64,000 nt of DNA, from NCBI GenBank assembly GCA_964016885.1, contig OZ024744.1, positions 110,980,001-111,044,000 on the forward strand, written 5' to 3'. This stretch comes from Eledone cirrhosa. Its lineage: Eukaryota. The position numbers and the translations under genes are program-made. Of the stretch, positions 13,970 to 29,100 are shown one piece after another (the stretch's first letter is position 1; every line of letters starts with the position of its first letter). A model generated the notes under the pieces. It did no database searches, had not been told where the DNA came from, and worked only from the letters and a program-made list of their open reading frames with translations.

Positions 13970-16900
13970 GTAAAACTACACAAACCACTATAAATTACCT
14001 TGTTCTGAACACAGTAAAACTACACGATCCACTATACCTTACCTTGCCCTGAACACAGTAAAACTACGCAATCCACTATAACTTACTTTGCCCTGAACAC
14101 ATTAAAACTACACAAACCACTATAAATTACCTTGCTCTAAACACAGTAAAACTTTATAATCCACTATAACTTAACTGGCCCTGAACACAGTAAAACTACA
14201 CAATCCACTATAACTTAACTGGCCCTGAACACAGTAAAACTACACAATCCACTATAAGTTACCTTGCTCTGAACACAGTAAAACTACACAATCCACTATA
14301 ACTTAACTGGCCCTGAACACAGTAAAACTACACAATCCACTATAACTTACCTTGCCTTGAACACAGTAAAACTACACAATCCACTATAACTTACATTGCC
14401 CTGAACACAGTAAAACTACACAATCCACTATAACTTACCTTGCTCTGAACACAGTAAAACTACACAAACCACTATAACTTAACAGGCCCTGAACACAGTA
14501 AAACTACACAATCCACTATAACTTAACTGACCCTGAACACAGTAAAACTACACAATCCACTATAACTTAACTGGCCCTGAACACAGTAAAACTACACAAT
14601 CCACTATAACTTACCTTGCTCTGAACACAGTAAAACTACACGATCCACTATAACTTACCTTGCCCTGAGCACAGTAAAACTACACAAACCACTATAACTT
14701 AACTGGCCCTGAACACAGTAAAACTACACTATCCACTATAACTTACCTTGCCCTGAACACAGTCAAACTACACAATCCACTATAACTTAACTGGCCCTGA
14801 ACACAGTAAAACTACACAATCCACTATAACTTAACTGGCCCTGAACACAGTAAAACTACACAATCCACTATAAGTTACCTTGCTCTGAACACAGTAAAAC
14901 TACACAATCCACTATAACTTACCTTGCCCTGAACACAGTAAACTACACAATCCACTCTAACTTACCTTGCCCAGAACAAAGTAAAACTACGTAATCCACT
15001 ATACCTTACCTTGCCCTGAACACAGTGAAACTACACAATCCACTATAACTTACCTTGCTCTGAACACAGTAAAACTACACAATCCACTATACCTTACCTT
15101 GCCCTGAACACAGTAAAACTACATAATCCACTATAGTTTACCTTGCCCTGAACACAATAAAACTACACAATCCACTATAAATTACCTTGCCCTGAAAACA
15201 GTAGAACTACACAATCCACTATAAATTACCTTGCTCTGAACACAATAAAACTACACAATCCACTATAACTTAACTGGCCCTGAACACAGTAAAACTACAC
15301 AATCCACTATAACTTACCTTGCCCTGAACACAGTAAAACTACACAATCCACTATAACAAACATTGCCCTGAACACGGTAAAACTACACAAACCACTATAA
15401 ATTACCTTGCCCTGAACACAGTAAAACTACATAATCCACTATAGTTTACCTTGCCCTGAACACAATAAAACTACACAATCCACTTTAAATTACCTTGCCC
15501 TGAACACAGTAAAACTACACAATCCATTATAACGTACCTTGCCCTGAACACAGTAAAACTACTTAATTCACTATAACTTACCTTGCTCTGAACACAGTAA
15601 AACTACACAATCCACTATACCTTACCTTGCCCTGAACACAGTGAAACTACACAATCCACTATAACTTACCTTGCCCTGAACACAGTAAAACTACACGATC
15701 CACTATAACTTACTTTGCCATGAACACAGTAAAACTACACGATCCACTATAACTTACCTTGCACTGAACACAGTAAAACTACACAATCCACTATAACTTA
15801 CCTTGCACTGAACACAGTAAAACTACACAATCCACTATAACTTAACTGGCCCTGAACACAGTAAAACTACACAATCCACTATAACTTACCTTGCACTGAA
15901 CACAGTAAAACTACACAATCCACTATAAGTTACCTTGCTCTGAACACAGTAAAACTACACAATCCACTATAACTTACCTTGCCCTGAACACAGTAAACTA
16001 CACAATCCACTATAACTTACATTGCCCTGAACACAGTAAAACTACACAAACCACTATAAATTACCTTGTTCTGAACACAGTAAAACTACACAATCCACTA
16101 TACCTTACCTTGCCCTGAACACACTAAACTACAGGATCCACTATAACTTAACTGGCCCTGAACACAGTAAAACTACACGATCCACTATAACTTACCTTGC
16201 ACTGAACACAGTAAAACTACACAATCCACTATAACTTACCTTGCACTGAACACAGTAAAACTACACAATCCACTATAAATTACCTTGCTCTGAACACAGT
16301 AAAACTACACAATCCACTATGACTTAACTGGCCCTGAACACAGTAAACTACAGAATCCACTATAACTTACCTTGCCCAGAACAAAGTAAAACTACGTAAT
16401 CCACTATACCTTACCTTGCCCTGAACACAGTAAAACTACACAATCCACTATAGCTTACATTGCTCTGAACACAGAAAAACTACACAATCCACTATAACTT
16501 ACTTTGCCATGAACACAGTAAAACTACACAATCCACTATAACTTACCTTGCACTGAACACAGTCAAACTACACAATCCACTATAACTTACCTGGCCCTGA
16601 ACACAGTAACACTACACAATCAACTATAACTTACCTTGCTCTGAACACAGTAAAACTACACAATGCATTATAACTTACTTTGCCATGAACACAGTAAAAC
16701 TACACAATCCACTATAACTTACCTTGCTCTGAACACAGTAAAACTACACAATCCACTATACCTTACCTTGCCCTGAACACAATAAAACTACACAATCCAC
16801 TATAACTTAACTGGCCCTGAACACAGTGAAACTACACAATCCACTGTAACTTACCTTGCTCTGAACACAGTAAAACTACACAATCCACTATACCTTACCT

Positions 16901-19900
16901 TGCCCTGAACACAGTAAAACTACATAATCCACTATAGTTTACCTTGCCCTGAACACAGTAAAACTACACAATCCACTATAACTTACCTTGCCCTGAACAC
17001 AGTAAACTACACAATCCACTATAACTTACATTGCCCTGAACACAGTAAAACTACACAAACCACTATAAATTACCTTGTTCTGAACACAGTAAAACTACAC
17101 GATCCACTATACCTTACCTTGCCCTGAACACAGTAAAACTACGCAATCCACTATAACTTACTTTGCCCTGAACACATTAAAACTACACAAACCACTATAA
17201 ATTACCTTGCTCTAAACACAGTAAAACTTTATAATCCACTATAACTTAACTGGCCCTGAACACAGTAAAACTACACAATCCACTATAACTTAACTGGCCC
17301 TGAACACAGTAAAACTACACAATCCACTATAAGTTACCTTGCTCTGAACACAGTAAAACTACACAATCCACTATAACTTAACTGGCCCTGAACACAGTAA
17401 AACTACACAATCCACTATAACTTACCTTGCCTTGAACACAGTAAAACTACACAATCCACTATAACTTACATTGCCCTGAACACAGTAAAACTACACAATC
17501 CACTATAACTTACCTTGCTCTGAACACAGTAAAACTACACAAACCACTATAACTTAACAGGCCCTGAACACAGTAAAACTACACAATCCACTATAACTTA
17601 ACTGACCCTGAACACAGTAAAACTACACAATCCACTATAACTTAACTGGCCCTGAACACAGTAAAACTACACAATCCACTATAACTTACCTTGCTCTGAA
17701 CACAGTAAAACTACACGATCCACTATAACTTACCTTGCCCTGAGCACAGTAAAACTACACAAACCACTATAACTTAACTGGCCCTGAACACAGTAAAACT
17801 ACACAATCCACTATAACTTACCTTGCCCTGAACACAGTCAAACTACACAATCCACTATAACTTAACTGGCCCTGAACACAGTAAAACTACACAATCCACT
17901 ATAACTTAACTGGCCCTGAACACAGTAAAACTACACAATCCACTATAAGTTACCTTGCTCTGAACACAGTAAAACTACACAATCCACTATAACTTACCTT
18001 GCCCTGAACACAGTAAACTACACAATCCACTCTAACTTACCTTGCCCAGAACAAAGTAAAACTACGTAATCCACTATACCTTACCTTGCCCTGAACACAG
18101 TGAAACTACACAATCCACTATAACTTACCTTGCTCTGAACACAGTAAAACTACACAATCCACTATACCTTACCTTGCCCTGAACACAGTAAAACTACATA
18201 ATCCACTATAGTTTACCTTGCCCTGAACACAATAAAACTACACAATCCACTATAAATTACCTTGCCCTGAAAACAGTAGAACTACACAATCCACTATAAA
18301 TTACCTTGCTCTGAACACAATAAAACTACACAATCCACTATAACTTAACTGGCCCTGAACACAGTAAAACTACACAATCCACTATAACTTACCTTGCCCT
18401 GAACACAGTAAAACTACACAATCCACTATAACAAACATTGCCCTGAACACGGTAAAACTACACAAACCACTATAAATTACCTTGCCCTGAACACAGTAAA
18501 ACTACATAATCCACTATAGTTTACCTTGCCCTGAACACAATAAAACTACACAATCCACTTTAAATTACCTTGCCCTGAACACAGTAAAACTACACAATCC
18601 ATTATAACGTACCTTGCCCTGAACACAGTAAAACTACTTAATTCACTATAACTTACCTTGCTCTGAACACAGTAAAACTACACAATCCACTATACCTTAC
18701 CTTGCCCTGAACACAGTGAAACTACACAATCCACTATAACTTACCTTGCCCTGAACACAGTAAAACTACACGATCCACTATAACTTACTTTGCCATGAAC
18801 ACAGTAAAACTACACGATCCACTATAACTTACCTTGCACTGAACACAGTAAAACTACACAATCCACTATAACTTACCTTGCACTGAACACAGTACAACTA
18901 CACAATCCACTATAAGTTACCTTGCTCTGAACACAGTAAACTACACAATCCACTATAACTTACATTGCCCTGAACACAGTAAAACTACACAATCCACTAT
19001 AACTTACCTTGCACTGAACACAGTAAAACTACACAATCCACTATAACTTACCTGGCCCTGAACACAGTAACACTACACAATCAACTATAACTTACCTTGC
19101 TCTGAACACAGTAAAACTACACAATGCACTATAACTTACTTTGCCATGAACACAGTAAAACTACACAATCCACTATAAATTACCTTGTTCTGAACACAGT
19201 AAAACTACACAATCCACTATACCTTACCTTGCCCTGAACACACTAAACTACAGGATCCACTATAACTTAACTGGCCCTGAACACAGTAAAACTACACGAT
19301 CCACTATAACTTACCTTGCACTGAACACAGTAAAACTACACAATCCACTATAACTTACCTTGCACTGAACACAGTAAAACTACACAATCCACTATAAATT
19401 ACCTTGCTCTGAACACAGTAAAACTACACAATCCACTATAACTTAACTGGCCCTGAACACAGTAAACTACAGAATCCACTATAACTTACCTTGCCCAGAA
19501 CAAAGTAAAACTACGTAATCCACTATACCTTACCTTGCCCTGAACACAGTAAAACTACACAATCCACTATAGCTTACATTGCTCTGAACACAGAAAAACT
19601 ACACAATCCACTATAACTTACTTTGCCATGAACACAGTAAAACTACACAATCCACTATAACTTACCTTGCACTGAACACAGTAAAACTACACAATCCACT
19701 ATAACTTACCTGGCCCTGAACACAGTAACACTACACAATCAACTATAACTTACCTTGCTCTGAACACAGTAAAACTACACAATGCACTATAACTTACTTT
19801 GCCATGAACACAGTAAAACTACACAATCCACTATAACTTACCTTGCTCTGAACACAATAAAACTACACAATCCACTATACCTTACCTTGCCCTGAACACA

Positions 19901-20100
19901 ATAAAACTACACAATCCACTATAACTTAACTGGCCCTGAACACAGTGAAACTACACAATCCACTATAACTTACCTTGCTCTGAACACAGTAAAACTACAC
20001 AATCCACTATACCTTACCTTGCCCTGAACACAGTAAAACTACATAATCCACTATAGTTTACCTTGCCCTGAACACAATAAAACTACACAATCCACTATAA
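13970..20100. repeat. Higher-order tandem duplication, unit about 3.1 kb (70-71 monomers), two copies
   Basis: GATCCACTATACC...ACTACGCA at 14026/17101 and AATCCATTATAACGT at 15521/18596 (offset 3075); ACACTAAACTACAGG at 16121/19240 (offset 3119 = 3075+44). Confidence 0.85.
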
Positions 20101-20199
20101 ATTACCTTGCCCTGAAAACAGTAGAACTACACAATCCACTATAAATTACCTTGCTCTGAACACAATAAAACTACACAATCCACTATAACTTAACTGGCC

Positions 20200-23100
20200 C
20201 TGAACACAGTAAAACTACACAATCCACTATAACAAACATTGCCCTGAACACGGTAAAACTACACAAACCACTATAGTTTACCTTGCCCTGAACACAATAA
20301 AACTACACAATCCACTATAAATTACCTTGCCCTGAACACAGTAAAACTACACAATCCACTATAAATTACCTTGCCCTGAACACAGTAAAACTACATAATC
20401 CACTATAGTTTACCTTGCCCTGAACACAATAAAACTACACAATCCACTATAAATTACCTTGCCCTGAACACAGTAAAACTACACAATCCACTATAAATTA
20501 CCTTGCCCTGAACACAGTAAAACTACTTAATTCACTATAACTTACCTTGCTCTGAACACAGTAAAACTACACAATCCACTATACCTTACCTTGCCCTGAA
20601 CACAGTGAAACTACACAATCCACTATAACTTACCTTGCCCTGAACACAGTAAAACTACACAATCCTCTATAACTTACCTTGCTGTGAACACAGTAAAACT
20701 ACACAATCCACTATGCCTTACCTTGCCCTGAACACAGTAAAACTACACAATCCACTATTACTTACATTGCTCTGAACACAGAAAAACTACACAATCCACT
20801 ATAACTTACTTTGCCATGAACACAGTAAAGCTACACAATCCACTACAACTTACCTTGCACTGAACACAGTAAAACTACACAATCCACTATAAATTACCTT
20901 CCTCTGAACACAATAAAACTACACAATCCACTATAACTTAACTGGCCCTGAACACAGTAAAACTACACAATCCACTATAACTTAACTGGCCCTGAACACA
21001 GTAAAACTACACAATCCACTATAAGTTACCTTGCTCTGAACACAGTAAAACTACACAATCCACTATAACTTACCTTGCCCTGAACACAGTAAACTACACA
21101 ATCCACTATAACTTACATTGCCCTGAACACAGTAAAACTACACAAACCACTATAAATTACCTTGTTCTGAACACAGTAAAACTACACAATCCACTATACC
21201 TTACCTTGCCCTGAACACAGTAAAACTACACAATCCACTATAGCTTACATTGCTCTGAACACAGTAAAACTACACAATCCACTATAAATTACCTTGCTCT
21301 GAACACAGCAAAACTACACAATCCACTATAACTTACTTTGCCATGAACACAGTAAAACTACACAATCCACTATAACTTACCTTGCACTGAACACAGTAAA
21401 ACTACACAATCCACTATAACTTAACTGGCCCTGAACACAATAACACTACACAATCCACTATAACAAACATTGCCCTGAACACGGTAAAACTACACAAACC
21501 ACTATCAATTACCTTGCCCTGAACACAGTAAAACTACATAATCCACTATAGTTTACCTTGCCCTGAACACAATAAAACTACACAATCCACTATAAATTAC
21601 CTTGCCCTGAAGACAGTAAAACTACACAATCCTCTATAACTTACCTTGCTGTGAACACAGTAAAACTACACAATCCACTATGCCTTACCTTGCCCTGAAC
21701 ACAGTAAAACTACACAATCCATTATTACTTACATTGCTCTGAACACAGAAAAACTACACAATCCACTATAACTTACTTTGCCATGAACACAGTAAAAATA
21801 ACACAATCCTCTATAACTTACCTTGCTGTGAACACAGTAAAACTACACAATCCACTATGCCTTACCTTGCCCTGAACACAGTAAAACTCCACAATCCACT
21901 ATAACTTACCTTGCCCTGAACACAGTAAAACTACACAATCCAAACTATAACAAACATTGCCCTGAACACGGTAAAACTACACAAACCACTATAAATTACC
22001 TTGCCTTGAACACAGTAAAACTACATAATCCACTATAGTTTACCTTGCCCTGAACACAATAAAACTACACGATCCACTTTAAATTACCTTGCCCTGAACA
22101 CAGTAAAACTACACAATCCACTATAACGTACCTTGCCCTGAACACAGTAAAACTACTTAATTCACTATAACTTACCTTGCTCTGAACACAGTAAAACTAC
22201 ACAATCCACTATACCTTACCTTGCCCTGAACACAGTGAAACTACACAATCCACTATAACTTACCTTGCCCTGAACACAGTAAAACTACACAATCCTCTAT
22301 AACTTACCTTGCTGTGAACACAGTAAAACTACACAATCCACTATGCCTTACATTGCCCTGAACACAGTAAAACTACACAATCCACTATTACTTACATTGC
22401 TCTGAACACAGAAAAACTACACAATCCACTATAACTTACTTTGCCATGAACACAGTAAAACTACACAATCCACTACAACTTACCTTGCACTGAACACAGT
22501 AAAACTACACAATCCACTATAAATTACCTTCCTCTGAACACAATAAAACTACACAATCCACTATAACTTAACTGGCCCTGAACACAGTAAAACTACACAA
22601 TCCACTATAACTTAACTGGCCCTGAACACAGTAAAACTACACAATCCACTATAAGTTACCTTGCTCTGAACACAGTAAAACTACACAATCCACTATAACT
22701 TACCTTGCCCTGAACACAGTAAAACTACACAAACCACTATAAATTACCTTGTTCTGAACACAGTAAAACTACACAATCCACTATACCTTACCTTGCCCTG
22801 AACACAGTAAAACTACACAATCCACTATAGCTTACATTGCTCTGAACACAGTAAAACTACACAATCCACTATAAATTACCTTGCTCTGAACACAGCAAAA
22901 CTACACAATCCACTATAACTTACTTTGCCATGAACACAGTAAAACTACACAATCCACTATAACTTACCTTGCACTGAACACAGTAAAACTACACAATCCA
23001 CTATAACTTAACTGGCCCTGAACACAGTAACACTACACAATCAACTATAACTTACCTTGCTCTGAACACAGTAAAACTACACAATGCACTATAACTTACT

Positions 23101-26100
23101 TTGCCATGAACACAGTAAAACTACACAATCCACTATAACTTACCTTGCACTGAACACAGTAAAACTACACAATCCACTATAAATTACCTTGTTCTGAACA
23201 CAGAAAAACTACACAATCCACTCTAACTTACCTTGCCCAGAACAAAATAAAACTACGTAATCCACTATACCTTACCTTGCCCTGAACACAGTGAAACTAC
23301 ACAATCCACTATAACTTACCTTGCTCTGAACACAGTAAAACTACACAATCCACTATACCTTACCTTGCCCTGAACACAGTAAAACTACATAATCCACTAT
23401 AGTTTACCTTGCCCTGAACACAATAAAACTACACAATCCACTATAAATTACCTTGCCCTGAAAACAGTAGAACTACACAATCCACTATAAATTACCTTGC
23501 TCTGAACACAATAAAACTACACAATCCACTATAACTTAACTGGCCCTGAACACAGTAAAACTACACAATCCACTATAACTTACCTTGCCCTGAACACAGT
23601 AAAACTACACAATCCACTATAACAAACATTGCCCTGAACACGGTAAAACTACACAAACCACTATCAATTACCTTGCCCTGAACACAGTAAAACTACATAA
23701 TCCACTATAGTTTACCTTGCCCTGAACACAATAAAACTACACAATCCACTATAAATTACCTTGCCCTGAACACAGTAAAACTACACAATCCTCTATAACT
23801 TACCTTGCTGTGAACACAGTAAAACTACACAATCCACTATGCCTTACCTTGCCATGAACACAGTAAAACTACACAATCCACTATTACTTACATTGCTCTG
23901 AACACAGAAAAACTACACAATCCACTATAACTTACCTTGCACTGAACACAGTAAAACTACACAATCCACTATAACTTACCTTGCCCTGAACACAGTAAAA
24001 CTACACAATCCACTATAACTTAACTGGCCCTGAACACAGTAAAACTACACAATCCACTATAACTTACCTTGCCCTGAACACAGTAAAACTACACAATCCA
24101 AACTATAACAAACATTGCCCTGAACACGGTAAAACTACACAAACCACTATAAATTACCTTGCCCTGAACACAGTAAAACTACATAATCCACTATAGTTTA
24201 CCTTGCCCTGAACACAATAAAACTACACGATCCACTTTAAATTACCTTGCCCTGAACACAGTAAAACTACACAATCCACTATAACGTACCTTGCCCTGAA
24301 CACAGTAAAACTACTTAATTCACTATAACTTACCTTGCTCTGAACACAGTAAAACTACACAATCCACTATACCTTACCTTGCCCTGAACACAGTGAAACT
24401 ACACAATCCACTATAACTTACCTTGCCCTGAACACAGTAAAACTACACAATCCTCTATAACTTACCTTGCTGTGAACACAGTAAAACTACACAATCCACT
24501 ATGCCTTACCTTGCCCTGAACACAGTAAAACTACACAATCCACTATTACTTACATTGCTCTGAACACAGAAAAACTACACAATCCACTATAACTTACTTT
24601 GCCATGAACACAGTAAAACTACACAATCCACTACAACTTACCTTGCACTGAACACAGTAAAACTACACAATCCACTATAAATTACCTTCCTCTGAACACA
24701 ATAAAACTACACAATCCACTATAACTTAACTGGCCCTGAACACAGTAAAACTACACAATCCACTATAACTTAACTGGCCCTGAACACAGTAAAACTACAC
24801 AATCCACTATAACTTACCTTGCCCTGAACACAGTAAACTACACAATCCACTATAACTTACATTGCCCTGAACACAGTAAAACTACACAAACCACTATAAA
24901 TTACCTTGTTCTGAACACAGTAAAACTACACAATCCACTATACCTTACCTTGCCCTGAACACAGTAAAACTACACAATCCACTATAACTTACTTTGCCCT
25001 GAACACATTAAAACTACACAAACCACTATAAATTACCTTGCTCTAAACACAGTAAAACTTTATAATCCACTATAACTTAACTGGCCCTGAACACAGTAAA
25101 ACTACACAATCCACTATAACTTAACAGGCCCTGAACACAGTAAAACTACACAATCCACTATAACTTAACTGGCCCTGAACACAGTAAAACTACACAATCC
25201 ACTATAACTTACCTTGCCTTGAACACAGTAAAACTACACAATCCACTATAACTTACATTGCCCTGAACACAGTAAAACTACACAATCCACTATAACTTAC
25301 CTTGCTCTGAACACAGTAAAACTACACAAACCACTATAACTTAACAGTCCCTGAACACAGTAAAACTACACAATCCACTATAACTTAACTGACCCTGAAC
25401 ACAGTAAAACTACACAATCCACTATAACTTAACTGGCCCTGAACACAGTAAAACTACACAATCCACTATAACTTACCTTGCTCTGAACACAGTAAAACTA
25501 CACAATCCACTATAACTTACCTTGCCCTGAACACAGTAAAACTACACAATCCTCTATAACTTACCTTGCTGTGAACACAGTAAAACTACACAATCCACTA
25601 TGCCTTACCTTGCCCTGAACACAGTAAAACTACACAATCCACTATTACTTACATTGCTCTGAACACAGAAAAACTACACAATCCACTATAACTTACTTTG
25701 CCATGAACACAGTAAAACTACACAATCCACTACAACTTACCTTGCACTGAACACAGTAAAACTACACAATCCACTATAAATTACCTTCCTCTGAACACAA
25801 TAAAACTACACAATCCACTATAACTTAACTGGCCCTGAACACAGTAAAACTACACAATCCACTATAACTTAACTGGCCCTGAACACAGTAAAACTACACA
25901 ATCCACTATAAGTTACCTTGCTCTGAACACAGTAAAACTACACAATCCACTATAACTTACCTTGCCCTGAACACAGTAAGCTACACAATCCACTATAACT
26001 TAACTGGCCCTGAACACAGTAAAACTACACAATCCACTATAACAAACATTGCCCTGAACACGGTAAAACTACACAAACCACTATAGTTTACCTTGCCCTG

Positions 26101-29100
26101 AACACAATAAAACTACACAATCCACTATAAATTACCTTGCCCTGAACACAGTAAAACTACACAATCCACTATAAATTACCTTGCCCTGAACACAGTAAAA
26201 CTACATAATCCACTATAGTTTACCTTGCCCTGAACACAATAAAACTACACAATCCACTATAAATTACCTTGCCCTGAACACAGTAAAACTACACAATCCA
26301 CTATAAATTACCTTGCCCTGAACACAGTAAAACTACACAATCCACTATGCCTTACCTTGCCCTGAACACAGTAAAACTACACAATCCACTATTACTTACA
26401 TTGCTCTGAACACTGAAAAACTACACAATCCACTATAACTTACTTTGCCATGAACACAGTAAAACTACACAATCCTCTATAACTTACCTTGCTGTGAACA
26501 CAGTAAAACTACACAATCCACTATGCCTTACCTTGCCCTGAACACAGTAAAACTCCACAATCCACTATAACTTACCTTGCCCTGAACACAGTAAAACTAC
26601 ACAATCCAAACTATAACAAACATTGCCCTGAACACGGTAAAACTACACAAACCACTATAAATTACCTTGCCCTGAACACAGTAAAACTACATAATCCACT
26701 ATAGTTTACCTTGCCCTGAACACAATAAAACTACACAATCCACTTTAAATTACCTTGCCCTGAACACAGTAAAACTACACAATCCACTATAACGTACCTT
26801 GCCCTGAACACAGTAAAACTACTTAATTCACTATAACTTACCTTGCTCTGAACACAGTAAAACTACACAATCCACTATACCTTACCTTGCCCTGAACACA
26901 GTGAAACTACACAATCCACTATAACTTACCTTGCCCTGAACACAGTAAAACTACACAATCCTCTATAACTTACCTTGCTGTGAACACAGTAAAACTACAC
27001 AATCCACTATGCCTTACCTTGCCCTGAACACAGTAGAACTACACAATCCACTATTACTTACATTGCTCTGAACACAGAAAAACTACACAATCCACTATAA
27101 CTTACTTTGCCATGAACACAGTAAAGCTACACAATCCACTACAACTTACCTTGCACTGAACACAGTAAAACTACACAATCCACTATAAATTACCTTCCTC
27201 TGAACACAATAAAACTACACAATCCACTATAACTTAACTGGCCCTGAACACAGTAAAACTACACAATCCACTATAACTTAACTGGCCCTGAACACAGTAA
27301 AACTACACAATCCACTATAAGTTACCTTGCTCTGAACACAGTAAAACTACACAATCCACTATAACTTACCTTGCCCTGAACACAGTAAACTACACAATCC
27401 ACTATAACTTACATTGCCCTGAACACAGTAAAACTACACAAACCACTATAAATTACCTTGTTCTGAACACAGTAAAACTACACAATCCACTATACCTTAC
27501 CTTGCCCTGAACACAGTAAAACTACACAATCCACTATAGCTTACATTGCTCTGAACACAGTAAAACTACACAATCCACCATAAATTACCTTGCTCTGAAC
27601 ACAGCAAAACTACACAATCCACTATAACTTACTTTGCCATGAACACAGTAAAACTACACAATCCACTATAACTTACCTTGCACTGAACACAGTAAAACTA
27701 CACAATCCACTATAACTTAACTGGCCCTGAACACAATAACACTACACAATCCACTATAACAAACATTGCCCTGAACACGGTAAAACTACACAAACCACTA
27801 TCAATTACCTTGCCCTGAACACAGTAAAACTACATAATCCACTATAGTTTACCTTGCCCTGAACACAATAAAACTACACAATCCACTATAAATTACCTTG
27901 CCCTGAAGACAGTAAAACTACACAATCCACTATAACTTACCTTGCTGTGAACACAGTAAAACTACACAATCCACTATGCCTTACCTTGCCCTGAACACAG
28001 TAAAACTACACAATCCATTATTACTTACATTGCTCTGAACACAGAAAAACTACACAATCCACTATAACTTACTTTGCCATGAACACAGTAAAAATAACAC
28101 AATCCTCTATAACTTACCTTGCTGTGAACACAGTAAAACTACACAATCCACTATGCCTTACCTTGCCCTGAACACAGTAAAACTCCACAATCCACTATAA
28201 CTTACCTTGCCCTGAACACAGTAAAACTACACAATCCAAACTATAACAAACATTGCCCTGAACACGGTAAAACTACACAAACCACTATAAATTACCTTGC
28301 CTTGAACACAGTAAAACTACATAATCCACTATAGTTTACCTTGCCCTGAACACAATAAAACTACACGATCCACTTTAAATTACCTTGCCCTGAACACAGT
28401 AAAACTACACAATCCACTATAACGTACCTTGCCCTGAACACAGTAAAACTACTTAATTCACTATAACTTACCTTGCTCTGAACACAGTAAAACTACACAA
28501 TCCACTATACCTTACCTTGCCCTGAACACAGTGAAACTACACAATCCACTATAACTTACCTTGCCCTGAACACAGTAAAACTACACAATCCTCTATAACT
28601 TACCTTGCTGTGAACACAGTAAAACTACACAATCCACTATGCCTTACATTGCCCTGAACACAGTAAAACTACACAATCCACTATTACTTACATTGCTCTG
28701 AACACAGAAAAACTACACAATCCACTATAACTTACTTTGCCATGAACACAGTAAAACTACACAATCCACTACAACTTACCTTGCACTGAACACAGTAAAA
28801 CTACACAATCCACTATAAATTACCTTCCTCTGAACACAATAAAACTACACAATCCACTATAACTTAACTGGCCCTGAACACAGTAAAACTACACAATCCA
28901 CTATAACTTAACTGGCCCTGAACACAGTAACACTACACAATCCACTATAAGTTACCTTGCTCTGAACACAGTAAAACTACACAATCCACTATAACTTACC
29001 TTGCCCTGAACACAGTAAACTACACAATCCACTATAACTTACATTGCCCTGAACACAGTAAAACTACACAAACCACTATAAATTACCTTGTTCTGAACAC

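Noticed and set aside
16585-16595. U1 snRNA gene or pseudogene
   Set aside because: Only 8-11 nt match the U1 5' end; no stem-loops, Sm site or remaining U1 body follow.
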